Shown here in pieces: positions 13,238 to 23,876 of a stretch of 48,442 nucleotides of DNA (the first letter of the stretch is position 1; every line of letters begins with the position of its first letter). The translations under genes and the position numbers were made by a program. The stretch lies in NCBI GenBank assembly GCA_000320545.1, contig ADNK01002292.1, positions 1 to 48,442 on the forward strand, given 5' to 3'. Under the pieces are notes generated by a model. The model was not told the DNA's origin and made no database searches. It saw only the letters and a list, made by a program, of their open reading frames with translations. This DNA is from Bigelowiella natans CCMP2755 (lineage: Eukaryota; Protista; Cercozoa).

Positions 13238-14541
13238 TAAAGCGATCGGTGTCTTCTCGTAACTTTCTTCGCCTCCTCTTCTTTTCTCTCTCCTCGGTTA
13301 TCTGTATGTTTCCTCCTTTGTCATCCCTCCTCCTCCTCCTCCTCCTCCTCCTCCTCCTCTATAATCATCGTCCTCACCACCATCACCACCACCACCATGA
13401 TCCAGGAAAGAATTCAAGGGCTTCCCACCCTTCCAAGTCGCCGCGAGGGGTATTCGGGGGGGCAGCTGCATCGAAGCAAGAGGCCCCACCAAAGAAGGAG
13501 CTCCTGCCTCGGCTGGTGACAGTGATTGACCCGACGAACCCCTTCAATAATGTCGGTCGCTCCGTCTCCAGCTACAAGTACGCTCGCATGATCCAGAAGC
13601 AGTTCAACTCGGCGGCCATGGGCATGCGGACGGCTGCGATGCGATATGAAACGGATAAGGCACTCTCCACCTCCACGCTGATCTCCAGGTCGGTCCAAGT
13701 TGTAGTAGTAGTACTAGTACTAGTAGTAGTAGTAGTTGTTGTTGTTGTTGTAGCAGTAGCGGCGACTGATTGTGTTTGTGTGTGTGTGGGTGGGTGGGTA
13801 AATGCTCCTGCATCTGCTGCTGCTTGTGTAGTACTATGGTCGTCACCGTTCTTCTGGATTCAGCGTGATTTGTTCTTATTCATCGATCGATCCCTCCCAC
13901 CCATCAGCGTACTGTTCCTGAATACAATGAACCGATATCGGTTCCGAGGGGGGGGGCGGCACTGGTCGGCCACACACAGTAACAGAAGTAGCGGCTCTTC
14001 GTCCGGGAAGCTGCCCGGTGAAAGCGATGAGGGCGTCGAGAAGAAGCTCCGCCGCTCGAGCACCAAGACAGTGAGAGCGGGTGGGGGGCAGCCCAGCCCT
14101 CTGCAGACGGCCAATAGCGACCCCGATCTCTTCACGGAGACAGAACTCTCCAACCTGAGCGGTGCGTGTAATGCGATCTCGTCTGTTAGCGCCATAAACC
14201 GATCTTTCTTATGCAAGGAAGACTGTAGATGCTTCGTCGCACGTCGTTATTTTGCATTAACTCATCTATCTCTCTCCCTCTCCTTCTCTCTCGTTCTCTT
14301 CCTGCTTTGCATTATCATCATCATCATCATCATCATCATCATCGTTGCCATCAGATGCATCGGGCTGGGTTGCCGCGCCCTACTCTGCGGACATCTCGGC
14401 CATGGAAGAGCGACTCGCGCATGCACGACAGTTCGAAGCTCCCTCCATCGGGTAGTAAGCAGCAGCCAGCCGCTAACAATGTGGTGACCGTTGTCGTTGG
14501 TATGATGCAGTGTTTCATAAAAATAGTAGCAGTTGTGAATG

Positions 14542-14586
<45 letters not shown>

Positions 14587-16142
14587 GAGAGGACAGAAGC
14601 AGAGCAGGTGTTCCAAATAGCGTTTAATTGAAAACGTTACTCTGTATACCTCCCCTTGCTACTCCTTCGCCCTCCCCCTCCCTTCTCTACCACGGTTTTT
14701 CTCCTTTCTTCTGTTCCCAACTGCTGCCGTGACAAACCTCGCCTTTCTCAGGGATGAGCAGCTTGTGGCGCTAGTAATGGTGTTGCTGGACATTAACGGT
14801 GCGGTCCCCATTGGCAAAATGGGTAGCATGCTGCACAATGCTACCAACAACCACTCGCTACCAGCGATGATCAAGGTACTGCCACTACTACTGCTACCAC
14901 CTTACTTCGTCGTCACACAATCATTATCATCATTACCATTATCACCATCACCGCCATCATCATCATCACCATCATCATGAATCAGTCAAAATACGGCGGG
15001 CTGAAACGCTTCCTCCTCTCCCACTCCGATCTCTTCCGCGTTGGGGTACATATGCGGCAACTTAATGTCGTCGTCGTCGTCGTCCGTCGATGAAGCTTTG
15101 TTTGTGCCATCTCATCCCGTTTACCACCTCTGCCTCTCTTTGCATGCTGGGTCTATTCATTCAGCTGGGAGAGAGCCACACCTCGTGCATACTCAAAGTC
15201 TTTTAACAATTACTGCTACGCCCTCATATTCAGGTTGAGCATCCTTTCAATCCCCCTGTTACGCTGCTGCAGCCTCCCAGTGCCATCCAGCGCCATCTCG
15301 TCCAGGTAATACATAACACGAAGAAATCAAGAAACAACATGCGTGCACGACTTTGCTTCGACGAGTGTAGGACGAGGCCAAAACAAAAAATGTATTGCCG
15401 ATTCTTCCTTCCACCCCCCCACTATTCCACTACTGCCACTGGCATGCCATGCTAAAATGTCTTTAACGCCATCTCGAAGGAGATTATCAAAACCTCAGGA
15501 GGGTCTCTGGCCACGGGCGGTGGCAGTGCCTCCAAAACGCAATCATCGAAGCCTGCGGGTGGGGGAACCCGTCGCGACCGCAATAACAACAACAACAACA
15601 ACTCTAATAACAGCAATACGGGGCGGAAGAATGGGGGGGGGTCCTCGTCATCAAACACACACAGCGCGGCCAACAATAGCGGTAGCAGCTACGGCGGGAA
15701 AAGAGGCCATCACCATCACCACCATCATCATCATAATCACCATCGCGCGCACTCCCCTTCGGCATCAACATCGTCAACTTCCAACCGATACGCAAGAGGT
15801 GGGGGAGGGGGGGGCACAGCAGCAGCTGCAGGAGCCCCAACCAGCTCCTCATCCTCGTCTACTTCAAGGCACAATCACCATCACCACTACACTAACAGCA
15901 GCGGCAGTACAATGGGCAAGATGCAGCATAAGCAGCAGCAGCAGCAGCAGCAGCAGCATCATAGCAGCCGTCGGCAGTACCAGACAAGACCACAGTCGCA
16001 TTCTATGCAACAACATAATAGAGGTGGAGGAGGAGTATCTGTGTGGGGGAACGTGCCAGCGGGGATAGCAGATTCATCAAAGAATCCAGGGGCTTCATCA
16101 TACAAGTCGCGCCGCATGAATACATTCGTACAGAAACAGTGA
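9726..16142 (+). CDS. Non-canonical poly(A) polymerase / terminal nucleotidyltransferase (TRF4/PAP2-like, plant NTP 'PAP/OAS1 substrate-binding' type) with a C-terminal OST-HTH/LOTUS-like domain and low-complexity tail
   Basis: Catalytic HGSFALGTDIPDSDVDV (about 11822-11872) and third Asp in PVDIS. Also AEVPIVK, HLLKRTIILLKAWAQNEAGILG, MSSYCLSVLVLY, FPWAEMAL/GIHGPIYLSGLPD and VIDPTNPFNNVGRSVS. LOTUS-like exons 14751-14875, 14986-15045 and 15234-15305 read VPIGKMGSMLH..SKYGGLKRFLLSHSDLFRVG/VEHPFNP. Last exon 15480-16142 ends at TGA. Confidence 0.9.
13204..13239. repeat. (TA)n microsatellite, intronic
   Basis: Direct reading of the sequence. Confidence 0.95.
14544..14580. repeat. (GA)n microsatellite, intronic
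   Basis: Direct reading of the sequence. Confidence 0.95.
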
Positions 16143-16379
16143 TCGACATTATAGGGCCCACGTGGTCAATTCACAGTTGCATATATGGCGGATGGATCCA
16201 ACGTCTTACGTTCCTCGATCGTATAACCTCCCAAAACATTCACGTTGTAAATAATCTTTACCCGAGTAGCTTCCTAAAGCCAACAATGGCGCTCGACATG
16301 GTGTACGTACGCTCGCTATTGGCCATCAATCTAGCAATATTGTGGCGCATCGATCGCTTATCCATTATAAATTAAGAAG

Positions 16380-16745
16380 CGGTGTAATATATTACTAGAC
16401 TAGGGCATTAAGTGAGCATCTATAGCCTAGATCATTAGCAATGAGTGGTGATACCGCAATGCGTACACAACAAACAAAGCACAACACACATGCACATCTA
16501 GACACGCACATGCATGAAGAATACACTATATCTAGAGAGCTAGAGATTATTCTATTACTGTGTCTATTATAGAGCTAGCAAAAACAAATAGTTGCGACTG
16601 TCTGTGCACAGCTAGACAGTTAATTGCAGCAGCCTAGTAGCATTGTAACACCTTCTTCGCTTCGAGCCCCTACATGAACGCATAGCATATGTACCTAGAT
16701 GCGTACATATGCGCTTGTATTGCATGCACACACGCTCGTGCCAGC

Positions 16746-16760
<15 letters not shown>
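16380..16760. mobile_element. CTAG/CATG-rich intergenic block; probable hypermutated repeat relic
   Basis: Dense CTAG, CATG and TGCA words with no credible ORF, lying between convergent genes. Transposon origin is inferred; no transposase was recognised. Confidence 0.35.

Positions 16761-16788
<28 letters not shown>
16749..16788. repeat. (TA)n microsatellite
   Basis: Direct reading of the sequence. Confidence 0.95.
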
Positions 16789-16792
<4 letters not shown>

Positions 16793-16808
16793 AAACATTT
16801 CATTACAT

Positions 16809-16876
16809 CCGTCTCATATGTGAGATTTTGTCATTTCAGCTTCCGTCTCATATGTGAGATTTTGTCATTTCAGCTT
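16809..16876. repeat. Perfect 34-bp tandem duplication with an internal hairpin (TCTCA-TATG-TGAGA)
   Basis: ccgtctcatatgtgagattttgtcatttcagctt occurs at 16809-16842 and 16843-16876. Confidence 0.9.
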
Positions 16877-17006
16877 CCATGTTTACTAGCTAATATACCT
16901 AGATACATTGTAAATGCATCATCTAGGTGTTTGATGAAGTGCACGTACCTTTCGTCATTTTATTGTTTAATGTCTATTTCAAGTGGCTTGTGGCGCGATG
17001 TATTTC

Positions 17007-18812
17007 TTATCTATTTGTCGTTATGAGTCTTCGTTTTTCATCCACTTCGGAACGCAATTGAGCAGCTTCGTCCACTCTTTCTCCTAGGCACTCGCCAAAG
17101 CAACCAGGGCACCCACATGCAACAACGGATATTTCGTCCAGAATATCACTCAAGCCCCACTCGTGCGGTGAAAAGTCTTTTGGAAACCTTCCCTCAATGA
17201 GAAGGCCATGCAGGTCGCTCACTGAGAGGTAGGGACGCCCAGTAGTGCGATCAAGACGTTGAAAGGCCTCGAAGAGAGCCGCGAAGGACATCGTAGCCTT
17301 CTTCTCTACCACTGCAGTACAACATACAGCCTGGTCTTCGTCCCGGCTTGTGTATGTGGCAATGTCGTGGATATCAGCCAAGTAAATTACCTTCTTTGTC
17401 TCCTGCGACTGCTTATATTCACCGACTTCGTTCTGGCCCTCGGAGACCCCTACCACAGACACTGCGTGTTTTTGCATGATTTCATCGAAAAGCTTAGAGT
17501 CAATCTGGTTCGGGGTGGAACGGCAACCCGTCGAGTATCCATGGTGGACATGGCCGTGGAGCTCGAAGATCTTGCACCCAGCTGCCTTGAAGTCGTCACT
17601 CGTGTCCGCAAATGCCGCCTTCAAGATGGTCTCCAGAACATCTCCGCGACAGCCTGTGAAGCTCGATACTGCTTCGGTGAGCTCCAGCCAGTCTACCACC
17701 CCCTAGCAGATGATATATGTTGTTTTTAAAATTGGGAAAAGTTGGACAGGGCCAGGTAATTACTTAATGGTGGGAGCAAGTATTAAAACCTTCTGAATAG
17801 CGACCGTTTTTTCCTTCATGGCTAATACATGAATGGACGAATGGAGTGCGGCATGTCAACTCATATTTACATATCATCGGGCAACCTTGTCATCTGGAAC
17901 GATGGCCTTATGACGGTAGAGGGCAGCAAGCACGGGGCATGATATACGCCCTTGACGTGCCTTGGTACTTTCATCTAACTTGCCTGCCTTTTTCACGGGT
18001 GCGTTGGCAGCCGATCTCCAGGAGGACAAGGAGATCAACTTGCCATTTGGCAGCTCGAACGTTCTATTGGTAAGACTGTGCGTTTCCCGCAGCCGCGGGC
18101 TGTCGGGGAGCATCTTCGTGGTTATAGCCAGGCAGAAGAACCATAGGTAGTCTATAGTGCAGGTAATCCCCCATGGAATGAAAGGATCTTCTCCTGATCT
18201 CTCTTGCACGTCATACACCGCAAAATTCACGAGGTACAACACCGGCAGCAATAAACTGGTGATAGTGTAGGTGAACATGAACACTACAGAGGCGTTCTTG
18301 ATGGGCCTCCGCATGGTGTAGCCCTCGTAGAAGTTGGTGGCGATGATGGCCCATCTGAAGAAGATGAATTGGATGAAGATGCAGGTGTGCCCCAACGGTG
18401 AAGACGTTGGAGGCACGAGGAACACAAGTATAAAAACGCACATGGAAACTGCGTAAGCGTAGTGGGAAACAGTCGCAACCGTCAGAAAGAATGGAGAAAT
18501 TGCATCTTTCTCAAGCCTCAGTCGACGAAGATCCAACCGAACGTACATGCAGACGAGGTACACCACAAAAGCAATGGAGCATGCTCCAACGTAACTCGCG
18601 GGAGGTAAATCAAACATGACACATAGATTGTTATAGCCCAAGCGATCCTTCAGCGGGTTTGACTCAAAAGAGGTCGGGTGGAAGATTGCAGTGAGGATTC
18701 CGGTTACGACGAACGTTAGAGCGAGTACCTCTCCCGCAGCCTTCAGGTAATGCTCAACACTTAACACATTTTCGTCTGCCGCCTGGAACAGAATGCTGCC
18801 GAGGGCGGACAT
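17007..18812 (-). CDS. 6-TM (Frag1/DRAM-like) membrane domain fused to a heme-thiolate peroxidase/peroxygenase-like domain; two exons (18812-17886, 17702-17007)
   Basis: A phase-0 GT-AG intron of 183 nt (17885-17703) joins two ORFs in frame: RISCPVLAALYRHKAIVPDDK/GVVDWLELTEAV. This resembles the heme-thiolate peroxidase PCP-ALNALANHG-LP-DG motif. IFELHGHVHHGYS and LHGLLIEGRFPKDF parallel the HTP L-H-(EHD)-S and ERLP-GW segments. Six hydrophobic helices lie in the N-terminal 235 aa. Confidence 0.7.
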
Positions 18813-19603
18813 GGCGTGGAAAGCTCGATGGGAATGAGCTGCTTAAAGATCTGGCGGCACTACAGAGCTGTCGGGATGGGCATGCTCATTGACTCATTGA
18901 GAGAGGAAATCTTATTTCATGCAGCAATTTCCGACAAACACATGCCATTTTATACTCTGCGACAACATCAACGAGTGATATATTGCAATCGGCGCTCCTA
19001 ACATCTAATGTCAGGAGCGTTGACTACAAGGGATGAAAATGCGTAATGTTCCTTGAGAATTCCCATCTGCGACAAAGCGATCCTGGGAATATCTCACGGT
19101 TTTATCAAGAGAGATCATCATGCGTGTGCTGCCTGTCACATAACTAGATCCATTGTGCTGCTCGAAAGCCCACGATGGTTCCGTGGATATTGGAGGTCTA
19201 ATGGATGAAAATGGATGTCGCAGGCGTAAAATCGACTTGAAAACTACGGAACAGAATGAATACTTGTTACGATTTATCTCCAGAACAGAACCAATGAACA
19301 CCACACCGGAATAAGAAGGCGAATGGCATCTTTCGGTGTTCGTTCGACCGCCACCACTTGCCCCTTTCTTCCATTGTTACGAATTCGAATAGTTTGGAGA
19401 AACTATTGGATGATACAAACCTTCTAGATCGTTCAAAAGAAGGCATTGGCGAGCACACCAAATACTCTAAGGTGTACACAAGAGGATAGCACGTAAGGAA
19501 GAGGAAAGAGAGAGGCTCAACCTATTCTCACGTACACGCGCCTCAATTTTCTCTGTAAACCCGTCTTCTAGTTGGTGGTCACTCTTTCCTGCAGAACAGA
19601 ACA

Positions 19604-21324
19604 ATGGTTCCGAAGGAGGGCTCCGAGAAGCCAAAGTTGCTAAACCTCGTTAATGATCCACAAAGATCTGAAGCAGAATACAAGACATCAAAGCGACTCA
19701 CCTTCGCTACTCGCCGCAGTATCCGAAAGTTGGAAATAGGCGGCAATAGTAGTAGCAGCACTACTATTGAAACAACAAGCACGATAAAAATGAAGGGATA
19801 TCATCTTGAGACTCCTGAGATATCCTTTGATGAATCCGTCACGGGTACGTGGTCACCATCGTTTGTTGTGCTCTTCGTTGACGAAGGATCTAAAGGAGAC
19901 ACAGAGATGATCGATGGATTTTGATTATTTATTCAAAGGCAAAATTAAGTTCTGGAAAGACGCACCCCACATGCTTTTGTACGTCGACGACTACACAGTC
20001 ATGGTCAGTTGAAAGCAGCAGCAGCAGTACTAGTAGTAGCAGCAGTGGAAGTAGAAGAAGTGGTAGCAGTAGTGATAAAAACGGTATTAACAGCAAATGT
20101 AGGAGCACTATCATTAGTATAATTTATTGAATGCAAGAAGCATTGAATCTGCATTAGTTATGACATGGTCTGTTTAATGTGGCGCGGAATAACAGGAGGA
20201 GGTGACAGACCTGACTCAACTTCGGAAGGTGATCTCTGCCTAGATGATTTTGGTTGTCATGTACGTTTCTCATTGAAGTTGCTGCTAGAGTATAGACGCA
20301 AGCATCACCATTTCTGTCTTGGCCCTCGTTACTACTTTTTCTCAGGGAGATCATTGCATTGTTGGGCTTAATCCTGTTCGGAAGGTTGGGAAAAGAAGCT
20401 TTTGCTACCTTTTCTACCTTTCCTGCTTATATTTGTTCGTCCTCTCGGGAAAACTGATGGATACTCTCGTGTTAGCTGTGCGGATGTTGCGACGCCCTTG
20501 TATTCAGATTGGCAAGTTGGGAGGTATGATGATGAATTGGAGACGGCTTAAGTATATTACGAGAGAGAGTAGTAGGAAAAGATTCGGTACCCCCGTTTCT
20601 TGGACTTGTTACCTGAGTTCTATAAATACGAAATTATTTTCTTGCATGTGTTATATGAAATGAAATCAATCTTTCTTTTCCACCAGATTCTCCGCCTCTA
20701 TCACCACTTCATTATGTTCGACAATGTTATCTCCATAAGCGAAGATGTGAGTACGAATATAATATATACTTTAACTAATGTAACCGGGAGGATCATGATG
20801 ACTTCATCGTGATTTGCTGGATGATGACACTTTGTATTACTGTACGACTGCACTCCCTTTATCATTCAGGGCGTTCCCATGAATAGCAAGAACGAGCCTG
20901 CTAGAATCTGCGAGTGAGTAGACACTTACTTCACCCCTCGCAAAACGTGGTAGACGTAGAAGGTAGATATCTTACCTTTTTTGGACCACCTATAGGTACT
21001 CCAACACACCTGTGGGTGCGATTAAGCTGTTGCTTCAAGTGGGATGGCGAAAGTTTTTCAGGAAGTGAGCACACTCAGAGATGATACATGGCCGTGATGA
21101 TTATCGTCGGTGATGGATGATGCTGACGATGATGCAAGTGAAATTGATGATATTGGTTGGCCAATTTGTCTCTATCTATAGCTTTCCTGTTTGTTTTGTT
21201 TTGCCTATACTGCTGCCTTTTCCGTTGTGTGGCAGCCCTGCCCCTTTTCAACAGCTAAGTTTGCATGATTACCAGGTAGTCTTCTTTTCTTCCTACGATC
21301 TCTTCGCCCTCTGACTAATTCTAG

Positions 21325-21358
<34 letters not shown>

Positions 21359-22691
21359 AAGAGAGAGGGGGGGGGGGGGGGGGGGGGAGGGATGAGAGGG
21401 ATCAAACGTATGTAGTTGTCTAAATATTCGTTCTTACTTTGCCTGAGAGGTGGCCACATGTGTTACCGACAGGATGGGCGCGCGGCCTTTGGTATCTACA
21501 GGGTCATGGGGGACATTTCAAATGCTGAAAGGAGGGAAATCGTGAGTGAAGCGAAGAGTCTGATGACATCCTATAAGCCATACGGTAGTAGTAGATCTCA
21601 CATACTCATACATTGTTCAATCGTTCAGCAGTTAACATTTAGTAAAACTATACGTACTCCCCCCCACCACTGTAGACATCTTCTTCCGCAACTGTGAGCA
21701 TGCAGCCTGGGGCTTAAATCCAAAACGGAGACTTTGGATCTCACCCCAAGTGCCGTGGTTCCTGTACAATCTCGCCAGATTCCTCATGAACATTATCGGC
21801 TGCTTCTTCCTCTACCAAATCGACCTCTGCGTACGGCGAGATCGTCAACATGATGAAGAAATAATGATCGAAGGCGGGTTAGAAAATGCAGTATCCGCAG
21901 ATAACAGCAGCATAGAACCGCAGCAGTGTCACCACTTCACGGTTACCATATACTTTCTGATGTACCACGTCTCCTCGACGCTCTCAGTTGCTCTTCAGGT
22001 GCTGGTGTCTCTAGTCAGATCCGCGGTGCTCCTTACAGAACAGAAGGCAAAGCTGGGTGAACTGACGTACTTTTTCCTTCTTACGAAGGAAGTTGCTCGG
22101 GCTGCCATATCAGGTGGGCTTGCTATTGCGATATACGCCCTTCTTCCGGCCATGCTGTGGAACCGTCGCTTTAGTTTGTACCTGGCAATGTATCTCGTGG
22201 TGACGGCATATTTTGCCTGCGACGTGCTCTTCAACGTATCCTTTGTACTCGTGACGAAGAGCATGAACCAACTCGGTGTCGGAGTTCCAGTTGCAGTGTT
22301 TGCTTCTAAGCGAAAGATGGAGATCAGCGGCAAGGTCTTCGGAGATAATGAAGACGGCACACATCCGCTATACGCCGTTTCGAGATTCAAGAATAGTGAC
22401 AGCAATAGGAAGAATAACGCCCGTGGCGACGCCTGTGCTCGGAGACAAAGAAGTTCATCGTTACCGTTGATCCCTTCATCTTGGCTTAACAACGTGTCCG
22501 AATGTAGTGGCGAGAGAAATAAAGACGCCGCTTCATCGTCATCGCACCATTCTAAGGAATTGTGTGAAAATAAGGATGATAAACAGATACAAAAGGCGCA
22601 AGAAAATTGTAAATACTTGGAAGACGATGAAAAACGTAATGGAAAAGTGCATCAGCAGCACATAGGTGTGAGGAGACGGACGAGAGGATAA
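19604..22691 (+). CDS. Multi-exon multipass membrane protein of unknown function
   Basis: ATG at 19604. Phase-compatible GT-AG exons give GKIKFWKDAPHML, EEVTDLTQLRK, SIDASITISVLALVTTFSQGDHCIVGLNPVRK, LCGCCDALVFRLASWE, EKIRYPRFLDLLPEF and others. The long last exon (about 21700-22691) has several TM helices and a hydrophilic tail. No family recognised. Confidence 0.7.
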
Positions 22692-22849
22692 TAATACCCT
22701 CGCCTAAAGCACATGTAGAGATAGCCGCAACCGATAAAATAAATAGCCCGATTGTACCTATAGGACAGTAGTAAATCAAAGAATGAATGAAAATTGTGGA
22801 GTAACTTGTCGTCAAACGTCCATAAGTATCGGGTGTAGTCACCTAGTCA

Positions 22850-23570
22850 CGCATGACATTACATGTGAAATGATGGTCAGCACCTCATGGTTTCATAGCG
22901 CGCACACATTGCACTAGCACTGCTTGACTGGTGTAGTTGACTTGTGGCACTTGAATGTCATGTTTAGATGTCCATGCGTGCGTGCAAACATTGAGCATAG
23001 AAGTTGGCATTGAATGCGAGTGTGTGCACGCAAGCTAGCAAGTCGCACGTGCACTCCAACACATCTAGACAAGCTAGCAAGATGCTAGGATGGCTGGCTT
23101 GTCTAGATGTGCTAGCTAGCTAGTGCTGGCATGCCAATATCTAGACATCATGAGCTCGTCTTGCTAGATTGCTAGCTTGGGTGACCTAGCTAGCTAGCGA
23201 TCTCTGACATGCACAGCTGTCTAGCTAGCTAGCTGGACAGTTTCATGGTCTAGCAGTCTAGCAGTTGCGTGGTGTCCATCATTCTGGCTAGCTTGGCCGT
23301 TTTCTAGTTCTTGTCGCTTTTGCTGACTCCTCGATCTAGCTAGCTCTAGCGGTCACATCTAGACATCTGGTTCCAGTTCTGCTCCAGTGCTGGCTGACTG
23401 GTCAGCTAGTGACATGCTGGAGTGGTCTGCATGAAGCTCCACTAGCTAGCTAGCTCCAGTGCTCTGGTCACAGCAGTCTGCACCACACCATGACACAGTG
23501 CAGTGCAGTCTAGCTAGCTAGCAGGCTTCCCGGAAATTCATTGAAAAACTCGTTTGACCAGCACAGCTAG
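22850..23570. mobile_element. CTAG-hyper-rich, CpG-poor intergenic block; probable hypermutated repeat relic
   Basis: By hand count there are about 30 CTAG in 23041-23521 (about 2 expected at uniform composition) and about 9 CpG. No ORF. Confidence 0.4.
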
Positions 23571-23876
23571 ACAGCCTCTGGCTGCACACGCCAGCTGTGC
23601 GTGCCAGACGTGCCAGCGTGTGGACCGCATTTTCCACTGGAACTTTCTAAATTGTCACGTCGCATGATGTGATGGGTTCCCATTCCCATGGATGAAGAAG
23701 GCGCGGAAGTGGGGATTTTTCCGAGCCGAAAACATCTTGAGATCATGTCGATGTGGTGCAGCACTAACCTGTGACGAACAAAAAGAAGAAGCCGACAAAT
23801 TGAAGAATTTCATCTTTCAATCCTTCCTCTCTGGGTCACTCCTTCCTTGCCCCATCCCTGTCGCCGTCGTCTAACC

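Noticed and set aside
15343-16068. 241-aa + strand ORF
   Set aside because: Wrong frame. The phase-0 acceptor at 15479/15480 leads into the frame that ends at 16142.
16809-16876. Palindromic 34-bp repeat resembling a CRISPR repeat
   Set aside because: Only two abutting copies, no spacers, no cas genes, eukaryotic context.
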